DNA of 24,000 bases. Origin: Nitrospirota bacterium (GTDB lineage: Bacteria > Nitrospirota > Thermodesulfovibrionia > Thermodesulfovibrionales > UBA6898). Positions 17,696-24,000 of the stretch are shown piece by piece. Where the stretch lies: positions 1,742 through 25,741 of the forward strand of contig JACRHC010000072.1 in assembly GCA_016217675.1 (NCBI GenBank), given 5' to 3'. The notes beneath the pieces were generated by a model that was not told the DNA's origin, did not search any database, and was given only the letters and a program-made list of their open reading frames with translations. Position 1 is the first letter of the stretch, and each line of letters begins with the position of its first letter. The position numbers were made by a program, and so were the translations under genes.

Positions 17696-17923
17696 TCATG
17701 CGATCTGCCCTTTCGCCTTGTCCGCAACACGGCGAACATCTCCGAGGCATCACCTGCCCTGGGGGTGGTTCGTCTTACAGTTGCATCCACCCCTTTTCTT
17801 CTCGCTGAGTATTCGTTCCAGGATTGAGGAGATGCCGTTGTTTTCAAGAACATCCCTGATAATGTCCTCCTCAGAGTATCCAAAACAGTAACAGATAGGA
17901 TTATTTCCGATGGATGTCTTCAT
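17696..17923 (-). CDS. CopZ/BFD-like [2Fe-2S]-binding small protein, probable selenoprotein (Sec58, in-frame TGA at 17750-17752)
   Basis: Not in the ORF track. Manual minus-strand translation: [79 protein letters not shown] overlap with the upstream gene stop. Resembles CopZ N-terminal domains ending NPxGRCCLGDV. Confidence 0.87.
17719..17738 (-). promoter_or_regulatory. Candidate bacterial SECIS hairpin for the CopZ-like selenoprotein
   Basis: Minus-strand RNA UGUUCGC-CGUGUU-GCGGACA: 7-bp stem (one G-U), 6-nt loop with G at position 2. Starts 11 nt 3' of the UGA, so the loop begins 18 nt downstream. Confidence 0.7.
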
Positions 17924-18309
17924 ATGCCTGCCTTTTTCAATACTGGGACGATTTCTTCATAACCGTAAAATCCGACATGCCGATGCAGCTCCTTGCCGGC
18001 TTTATCCAGGAATACCTGGGTCGGTATCATAGTGACTCCGAACCTCCTACCGTTCTCCCCATCTTTTCGAATATCCACAAAAATGACTTCTATCTTTCCC
18101 TTGTAATTCGTCCGCAGTTTTTCCATGACCGGCTTCATCTGTTCGCACGGGATACAACCAACCGACCCCAGTTCGAGCATCACAATCTTGCCCTCTTTCT
18201 TTGCCTTATTCAATACATCATCAATGCCTGCTGCATTGCTGCATCCCCCAAAAACAATAACAGCTATTAAGCTGAACAAGATGGAAAATCTCTCAACTTT
18301 GGCCTTCAT
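17920..18309 (-). CDS. Thioredoxin-fold lipoprotein
   Basis: 129 aa: lipobox-like [55 protein letters not shown]. Confidence 0.87.
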   Translation of the reverse strand: MKAKVERFSILFSLIAVIVFGGCSNAAGIDDVLNKAKKEGKIVMLELGSVGCIPCEQMKPVMEKLRTNYKGKIEVIFVDIRKDGENGRRFGVTMIPTQVFLDKAGKELHRHVGFYGYEEIVPVLKKAGI

Positions 18310-19403
18310 AATGCACTCGTTCCTTTTACACGACAGTATTCAACGCTGAAATATTTCCTTTGGAAGTAGAGCGCGACATTCACCAGCCCGATCAGGACCG
18401 GCACCTCGACGAGCGGGCCTATGACAGCTGCAAAGGCAGCGCCTGAGTTGATGCCGAAGACCGCAACTGCGACCGCAATGGCAAGTTCAAAATTATTGCT
18501 TGCCGCCGTGAAAGAGAGCGTGGCAGTTTTCGGATAATCAGCGCCTATCTTCTTTCCCATATAAAAGGAAACAAGAAACATCACCACAAAATAGATCAGC
18601 AGAGGCACGGCAATCCGCAGGACGTCCAGCGGCAACTTCACAATGTAATTGCCTTTGAGGGAGAACATCACCACAATCGTAAAGAGGAGCGATATGAGGG
18701 TAATGGGACTTATCCTCGGGATAAAGCTCTTCTCATACCACTCCCGGCTCTTCACTTTGAGCAGGACGAATCGGGTAATCATGCCTGCAAGGAAAGGTAT
18801 ACCGAGATAAATGAAGACGCTTTCTGCAATCTGGCCTATGGTCACATTGACCACAACGCCCTTGAGTCCGAACCACGCAGGAAGGACGGTTATAAAAACA
18901 TAGGCATAGACAGAGAAGAAGAGCACCTGAAAAATAGAGTTGAATGCCACAAGTCCGGCTACATACTCGGCATCCCCGCAGGCAAGGTCGTTCCAGACTA
19001 TTACCATGGCAATACACCGTGCAAGGCCGATCATTATCAGGCCGACCATATATTCCGGGTACCCGGAAAGGAATGCGGTCGCAAGCAGAAACATCAGGAC
19101 AGGGCCGATGATCCAGTTCTGTATCAGCGACAGCAGAAGGATCTTCCTGTTCCTGAAGACTTCCCCTAATTCCTCGTATTTAACTTTTGCCAACGGAGGG
19201 TACATCATGAGGATGAGACCAATGGCAATCGGTATGTTCGTAGTACCGACCTGAAACTGATTGATGAACCCCTCTGTCTCAGGCATGAAATATCCGAGGC
19301 CGACACCGAGGGCCATTGCGCCAAATATCCATAGCGTAAGAAGGCGGTCAAGGAAAGAAAGTCTCTTGCCTGTCTTTTCTGGCATCGTCATTCTCAGCAG
19401 CAC
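18306..19403 (-). CDS. acr3: ACR3-family arsenite efflux permease
   Basis: [83 protein letters not shown]. Probable start at MPEKTGK. Confidence 0.94.
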   Translation of the reverse strand: MLLRMTMPEKTGKRLSFLDRLLTLWIFGAMALGVGLGYFMPETEGFINQFQVGTTNIPIAIGLILMMYPPLAKVKYEELGEVFRNRKILLLSLIQNWIIGPVLMFLLATAFLSGYPEYMVGLIMIGLARCIAMVIVWNDLACGDAEYVAGLVAFNSIFQVLFFSVYAYVFITVLPAWFGLKGVVVNVTIGQIAESVFIYLGIPFLAGMITRFVLLKVKSREWYEKSFIPRISPITLISLLFTIVVMFSLKGNYIVKLPLDVLRIAVPLLIYFVVMFLVSFYMGKKIGADYPKTATLSFTAASNNFELAIAVAVAVFGINSGAAFAAVIGPLVEVPVLIGLVNVALYFQRKYFSVEYCRVKGTSAL

Positions 19404-19765
19404 CTTTTCTTATCGTTGAGAGGAACAACCTTCCCTCTCGTTCCCTTGCCATGGATGAAATCGTTCAGCCTGGATAAATCTCCGGCCATAAACTTCGTAT
19501 CGATCTTCTCTGTGACTGATAGTACAAGCATTCGCCTGAACATATCATCTGCTTCGATTCTGTAATGCGTCCATTTCCCCTGCTTCCGGTCCTTGATCAA
19601 GCCGGCCTCTTTCAGTGCGTTCAGGTGAAAGGAGATCTTCGGCTGGCTCATATCCAGTGCAGCGACAAGATCGCAGACGCAGAGTTCCCCGCCTTCCAGC
19701 AGCTTAATGATCCTGAGCCTCGTCTCCTCCGCAAGCGCCTTAAATACAACAAGAAGATCTTCCAT
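19394..19765 (-). CDS. arsR: ArsR-family transcriptional regulator with As(III)-type cysteine motif
   Basis: [57 protein letters not shown]...; ELCVCDL motif and C-terminal CC. Confidence 0.93.
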   Translation of the reverse strand: MEDLLVVFKALAEETRLRIIKLLEGGELCVCDLVAALDMSQPKISFHLNALKEAGLIKDRKQGKWTHYRIEADDMFRRMLVLSVTEKIDTKFMAGDLSRLNDFIHGKGTRGKVVPLNDKKRCC

Positions 19766-19771
19766 ATTCTT

Positions 19772-20017
19772 CTAACCCTCCGTTTTTATCATTTCTTTCA
19801 CCTTCTCAAGGCTCGGCAACGGTTTGCCGGAGTGTTTGAGTTTACCGTTCACCACGAGCCCAGGGGTGGACATGGTATATTTCATGATCTCCTGAAGATC
19901 GGCAATCTTCTCGATCCTTGCTTCAATGCGGAGTTCCCTGACAGCGGTCTGAGCCAGTTTTTCCATTGTGTGACAGTTTGCACATCCTGGCCCTAATATT
20001 TTGATTTCCATATTCAT
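19772..20017 (-). CDS. Small thioredoxin-like redox-active disulfide protein
   Basis: 81 aa: MNMEIKILGPGCANCHTMEKLAQTAVREL...TPGLVVNGKLKHSGKPLPS. Confidence 0.9.
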   Translation of the reverse strand: MNMEIKILGPGCANCHTMEKLAQTAVRELRIEARIEKIADLQEIMKYTMSTPGLVVNGKLKHSGKPLPSLEKVKEMIKTEG

Positions 20018-20022
20018 GCCTC

Positions 20023-20973
20023 CTATAAAATCGCATTAAAAAGATATCCGACCGCAGTAATAGTTACCGTCATGATCCCGACAAATACTGCAAGCAAAGG
20101 GACCTTTAACACTTTCCTCAAAATGATCATCTCCGGAAGGGAGAGCGCTGTTACTGCCATCATAAAGGCGAGCACGGTCCCCGTGCTCAGGCCCTTCTCC
20201 ATAAGAGCATAGACGATCGGGATCACACCAGCTGCATTTGAGTAGAGCGGGACGCCAAGCGCCACCGCAATGGGTACTGCGAAGGGATTCTGAGGTCCTG
20301 CATATTTCACCAGAAAATCCTGGGGAACATACCCGTGGATGAAACCACCTATACCTATGGCGACAATAATATAAGGCCAGACTTTTTTCACGATATCGAT
20401 AGTGTTCCATTTTGCATATTGCAGGCGGTCTTTGAAGACCTGCTTTGCAATTTCCTGGCCCTCGCCGATCCGGATCTTATAAACATATTCCTGCACCCAC
20501 TTTTCGAGTTTCAGTCTGCCGATAATAAACCCGCCAATTAAGGCAACAAACAGGCCTGTACCCAGATAGAGCGCAGCGATCTTCCAGCCGAAGAGTCCCC
20601 AGAGAAGAACTACAGCCACCTCATTTACCATTGGTGAGGAGATCAGAAAAGAGAAGGTTACCCCAAGGGGTACACCAGCCTCTATGAAGCCTATAAACAG
20701 GGGAACAGCTGAGCAGGAACAAAATGGAGTAACAATTCCCAGGAGTGCGGCAAGGATATTTCCTATAAACTCTTTTTTATGCGAAAGTATTTTCTTCGTG
20801 CGCTCGGGAGGGAAGTAACTTCTGATAAAAGAAACAGCGAATATGATGATCATGAGGAGCAGGAAGATCTTGATTGTGTCGTATATGAAAAATTCTACTG
20901 CAGCTGCGAGTTTTGAATCCGGCGCAAGGGACAGCCAGTTGTAGGTGACAAGAGAGGAGAATTCATGGAGCAT
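20023..20973 (-). CDS. ArsP/UPF0718-type predicted permease
   Basis: 316 aa: GNILAALLGIVTPFCSCSAVPLFIGFIEAGVPLGVTFSFLISSPMVNEVAVVLLWGLFGWKIAALY; the TPFCSCS motif is characteristic. Confidence 0.9.
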   Translation of the reverse strand: MLHEFSSLVTYNWLSLAPDSKLAAAVEFFIYDTIKIFLLLMIIIFAVSFIRSYFPPERTKKILSHKKEFIGNILAALLGIVTPFCSCSAVPLFIGFIEAGVPLGVTFSFLISSPMVNEVAVVLLWGLFGWKIAALYLGTGLFVALIGGFIIGRLKLEKWVQEYVYKIRIGEGQEIAKQVFKDRLQYAKWNTIDIVKKVWPYIIVAIGIGGFIHGYVPQDFLVKYAGPQNPFAVPIAVALGVPLYSNAAGVIPIVYALMEKGLSTGTVLAFMMAVTALSLPEMIILRKVLKVPLLAVFVGIMTVTITAVGYLFNAIL

Positions 20974-20974
20974 G

Positions 20975-21002
20975 TATCATATAAACATAGGTTTATATGA
21001 TA
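20975..21002. promoter_or_regulatory. Perfect 28-bp inverted repeat, candidate ArsR operator
   Basis: TATCATATAAAC-ATAG-GTTTATATGATA (12-bp perfect arms) immediately upstream of the first gene of the arsR-containing operon. Confidence 0.72.
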
Positions 21003-21008
21003 TGTCAA
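21003..21008 (-). promoter_or_regulatory. Consensus -35 box (TTGACA) of a putative promoter for the ars-hgcAB operon
   Basis: Minus strand TTGACA directly abuts the 28-bp inverted repeat. A 17-nt spacer gives a weak -10 (TTTATA) inside the repeat. Confidence 0.55.
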
Positions 21009-21033
21009 CGCCATGAATCCCTTCTCTCAGCCT

Positions 21034-21366
21034 TTATGCAGTTTCGGAACTCCTCAGCGCTTCAGGCACCGGGTCAATCACGTTGTCGATCTTCATGAGG
21101 TCCTCCATTACCTCATGCTCGCTGTATGAGTACACAAGATCAGCCGCAGCCACATGGGCAAGGGCCTGTATAGCCTTCAGCTTCCGCATCTCGTCGCTCA
21201 CATCCCTGCCCTCAATGGTAACAATAATCTTCCCGGATGTATCATGAAAAAAGACCTCGCAGAGCCCCGATGCTTTAAGCAGCCCGATGACCTTTTCAAC
21301 ATGCTCAGGAGCGGTCTTGATGACCAGGCTCGAAACATTCATCGGAAGATCCTGCCGGCCCTTCAT
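21034..21366 (-). CDS. napD: NapD-like nitrate reductase maturation chaperone
   Basis: 110 aa: MNVSSLVIKTAPEHVEKVIGLLKASGLCEVFFHDTSGKIIVTIEGRDVSDEMRKLKAIQALAHVAAADLVYSYSE. Follows napB. Confidence 0.87.
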   Translation of the reverse strand: MKGRQDLPMNVSSLVIKTAPEHVEKVIGLLKASGLCEVFFHDTSGKIIVTIEGRDVSDEMRKLKAIQALAHVAAADLVYSYSEHEVMEDLMKIDNVIDPVPEALRSSETA

Positions 21367-21923
21367 TTTACCCCCTCATTTAAGGTATCAAGGAGGCCGG
21401 AGCTGGTCTTTGACTTCTTGCTCCGGAAGTCAGCCTTGAACGTGTTCTTGATCGGTTCAGGAATGTTCACCTGGGGCACATGGCACTGCATACAGGGATA
21501 GCGTTTATTATCAAGCTGGCCTTTAAGGTCCTTGCCGGTCTCCATATCAAAGAAGTGCGATTTTGGCAGGGCTGTTGCGCCAAGTGCTTTCGCGTGCTCA
21601 GGCATATGACAGTTAAGGCATGCGTTGTTCGTCTCTGAAACGGGAAGCATGCCTGTCAGATCATGGGGGATAAGCGGCGGGCTGTTTTCGAAGGCCCGCT
21701 CTATCCGCTTGCTCTTGCCCGGCTCTGTCTTTGAATATTCGCCATGATCGGGTTTTTCCTTCTCTTCACTGTAAAGCGACTGCTTTCTAAAGCCCATATC
21801 CTCTTCGCTCTGCTCTTTCTTCTTGGAATCAGCCAGGGCAAGCCCACTCCCGAGACAGAATACCACAGCGATTCCTGCTGCAAAAAATCTCCTGCTGATG
21901 GATTTCATAGCTCCCTCCTTCAT
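21363..21923 (-). CDS. napB: NapB diheme cytochrome c subunit of periplasmic nitrate reductase
   Basis: Signal peptide, YPPLIPHDL-like ENSPPLIPHDLTG, CNACLNCHMPEHAKALGATALPKSHF, YPCMQCHVPQ. Two CxxCH motifs. Confidence 0.93.
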   Translation of the reverse strand: MKEGAMKSISRRFFAAGIAVVFCLGSGLALADSKKKEQSEEDMGFRKQSLYSEEKEKPDHGEYSKTEPGKSKRIERAFENSPPLIPHDLTGMLPVSETNNACLNCHMPEHAKALGATALPKSHFFDMETGKDLKGQLDNKRYPCMQCHVPQVNIPEPIKNTFKADFRSKKSKTSSGLLDTLNEGVK

Positions 21924-21930
21924 GCCTTAA

Positions 21931-22746
21931 TTAACCATTATTATGTTTACCCGTCCGAAATCCCAATTTCATTGCATGCTCACTGCATACATCCATGCAT
22001 TTCGCGCAATTCGTGCATTCACCTGAGGTGACAAAACTGCTTGCTATCCCCACCATCGGAAGCACCTGCTGCTCAGGGCAGTGTTCGATGCACTGCATAC
22101 AATGCGTACAGTTATCCTTCAGGTGCCGCACCCGGATGAAACTGAACTTTCCTGCAAGCGAATAGAAGGCCCCCAACGGACAGACATGGCCGCAGAATCC
22201 ATACTGCACCAAGAGCAGATCAAAAAGAAATACTGCGACGATGGCTGTCCACCCGGCTCCCATACCAAAAATGAGCCCGCGATGAAGGGTCGAGATCGGG
22301 CTGATCCACTCAAAGGCTGCTATGCCGAGCACGGCTGAAAGCACGAGTGCAAGCCCGGCCGCCCAGTACCTGACATTCCGGTCCATGCGCAACGATATGC
22401 CTGCCTTTGCCGGCAGAACTCTTCTCAGCCTGTTGGCAAGGTCGGTGATCATATTCATCGGACAGACCCAGCTGCAGAATGCCCGGCCGCCGACAACAGC
22501 AAAAAATACAAAGATGAGAGCGCCCCCGATAAGGGCTTCGCGCGACGCAATATTGCCGGTCGCAGTCATCTGAAGCAGGGCAAACGGATCTGTCAGAGGA
22601 ACAACATCGAGAAGCCGGGAAGTGCTGAGATTGCCCCTCAAAACCTTCCATCCGTACAGATTGCCTCCGATGAAAAGGGCAAGGATCGAGATCTGCGAGA
22701 GTCTCCGCAATATCAGATAGCGGTTTCTATACATAAAATCTCGCAT
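21931..22746 (-). CDS. napH: NapH-type membrane ferredoxin
   Basis: 271 aa: GRAFCSWVCPMNMITDLANRLRR, YGFCGHVCPLGAFYSL, CTHCMQCIEHCP, CTNCAKCMDVCSEHAM. Confidence 0.92.
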   Translation of the reverse strand: MRDFMYRNRYLILRRLSQISILALFIGGNLYGWKVLRGNLSTSRLLDVVPLTDPFALLQMTATGNIASREALIGGALIFVFFAVVGGRAFCSWVCPMNMITDLANRLRRVLPAKAGISLRMDRNVRYWAAGLALVLSAVLGIAAFEWISPISTLHRGLIFGMGAGWTAIVAVFLFDLLLVQYGFCGHVCPLGAFYSLAGKFSFIRVRHLKDNCTHCMQCIEHCPEQQVLPMVGIASSFVTSGECTNCAKCMDVCSEHAMKLGFRTGKHNNG

Positions 22747-22747
22747 C

Positions 22748-23560
22748 TCAGAACCCGTCCTTATTCAGATATTCAAGGGCAGACTTCTCACTTCTCGGCG
22801 TCACGGTCTTGGTCTCCTCTGAAACATCCTCGATCCTCTGCTCGTCCTTCTCATCCCAGCCGCGCACATACCGATCGCTCGACTCTCCCAATGCAAGGTG
22901 CAGGGGGAGGACAAATATGGATGCCTTCTTCGTAACGCATGCCCTCTCGCATGCGCCGCAGCCTGTACAATGATCACTATGCACGACCGGAGCAAGAATT
23001 GCATGTTTGCCGGTCCGGTCATTAGCGGTCCTTTCAACGGTGAGCGCCTTGTCTATTACCGGACAGACCCGATAGCAGGCATCACACTGGATACCCCAGT
23101 ATGCAATGCAGGTCTCCCGGTCAATGACCGCCAATCCTATCTTTGCAAGGTTGATATTAAGCTTGTCCCTGCCCCGCTCATCCTTATCTCTCATCAGTGA
23201 ACTGTCAAGAGCCCCGGTGGGGCAGGCAACTGCGCAGGGAATGTCCCGGCACATTTTACAGGGATTTTCGCGCATTATGAAATAGGGTGTACCGACAGGC
23301 CGTTCGTCGCCCGGTTTGGCAATGACAAGTGCCTTATACGGGCAGGCCTCGGCACAGAGGCCGCACTTGGTGCACAGAGCGAGAAACTTCTCCTCCTTCA
23401 CAGCGCCTGGCGGCCTCAGTACCGTAGGATATGCCTTCTTGCCGTCAAGAAATCCTGCCCAGGCCAAGCCGCCCACAGCGGCTGCACCTGCGCCTCTAAA
23501 CAGGTCTGCGAGAAACTGTCTTCTCTCAGGCATCTTCTCTGATCCCTCCGGTGCAGTCAT
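22748..23560 (-). CDS. napG: NapG-type periplasmic 4Fe-4S ferredoxin
   Basis: RRQFLADLFRGAGAAAVGGLAWAGFL (TAT-like), CTKCGLCAEACPYKAL, CKMCRDIPCAVACPTGAL, CDACYRVCP, CTGCGACERACV. Confidence 0.92.
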   Translation of the reverse strand: MTAPEGSEKMPERRQFLADLFRGAGAAAVGGLAWAGFLDGKKAYPTVLRPPGAVKEEKFLALCTKCGLCAEACPYKALVIAKPGDERPVGTPYFIMRENPCKMCRDIPCAVACPTGALDSSLMRDKDERGRDKLNINLAKIGLAVIDRETCIAYWGIQCDACYRVCPVIDKALTVERTANDRTGKHAILAPVVHSDHCTGCGACERACVTKKASIFVLPLHLALGESSDRYVRGWDEKDEQRIEDVSEETKTVTPRSEKSALEYLNKDGF

Positions 23561-23571
23561 CTGCGTTCTTA

Positions 23572-24000
23572 TCAGGCTTTATACACTTTTACAGCGCACT
23601 TCTTGTAGTCAGGCTCCTTCGAGATCGGGCATGTCGCATCAAGTGTCACCTTGTTGATGAATACATGCTCATCAAAGAACGGAACAAAGATAAGACCTTT
23701 AGGGGGCAGATTTCTGCCTCTGGTCTCGACCCTGGCCTTCACCTTGCCTCTTCTGGATTCAATCCATATAAGTTCTCCGTCCTTCACGCCGCCCTTCTGC
23801 GCATCCTGGGGATGCATGAAGCAGAGCGCCTCAGGAACAGCCCGATACAGCTCGGGCACCCGCATGGTCATGGTGCCGGTATGCCAATGCTCAAGTACCC
23901 TGCCAGTGCAGAGCCAGAAGGGATATTCACTGCTCGGATTTTCCGGCGGCTCGATGTAATGGCGCAGAAATATCTTCGCCTTATTCGGGAGCTTCACCTT
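23572..24000 (-). CDS. napA: NapA periplasmic nitrate reductase catalytic subunit, C-terminal part (5' end beyond window)
   Basis: [43 protein letters not shown]...[28 protein letters not shown], a NapA-type molybdopterin-dinucleotide domain end. Confidence 0.94.
   Translation of the reverse strand, partial: KVKLPNKAKIFLRHYIEPPENPSSEYPFWLCTGRVLEHWHTGTMTMRVPELYRAVPEALCFMHPQDAQKGGVKDGELIWIESRRGKVKARVETRGRNLPPKGLIFVPFFDEHVFINKVTLDATCPISKEPDYKKCAVKVYKA

Noticed and set aside
17659-17883. Minus-strand ORF MDTLRRTLSGMFLKTT...
   Set aside because: Out-of-frame shadow of the CopZ-like Sec gene. It has low-complexity Arg/Thr-rich composition and no recognisable family.
20036-20410. Minus-strand ORF of 124 aa inside the permease gene
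   Set aside because: Alternative frame of the ArsP/UPF0718 permease, which carries the family motifs.

Overview
All genes I can support in this 24 kb window lie on the minus strand. By motif content it looks like a Nitrospirota- or deltaproteobacteria-like anaerobe, but I could not run a taxonomic search. High to low coordinate, i.e. 5'->3' of transcription: (1) a periplasmic nitrate reductase operon napA(partial)-napG-napH-napB-napD; (2) an arsenic-type operon (permease, small thioredoxin, ArsR, ACR3 efflux, thioredoxin-like lipoprotein) that continues into a hidden CopZ/BFD-like [2Fe-2S] gene with an in-frame TGA, then hgcA-hgcB (mercury methylation), a CcdA-like protein, an ECF sigma factor and an AhpD-like protein; (3) a small unknown ORF and a SufB-like gene remnant; (4) a PAS/HisKA/REC hybrid kinase and two Cys-rich 'two-CW' proteins (PilZ-like and GGDEF); (5) a PhnD-like binding protein, histidine kinase and NtrC-family regulator; (6) a sigma-54-type promoter candidate, a shrunken rhodanese-like ORF, and a multi-rhodanese CxxCH protein that the ORF track splits in two at an in-frame TGA; (7) a second binding protein, histidine kinase and NtrC-family module running off the window. 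The strongest hidden signals are two probable selenocysteine genes, each with a hairpin in the bacterial SECIS position. Next are the hgcAB pair inside an apparently ArsR-controlled arsenic operon with a 28-bp inverted-repeat operator candidate, and a sigma-54 promoter with repeated upstream elements at the selenoprotein locus.
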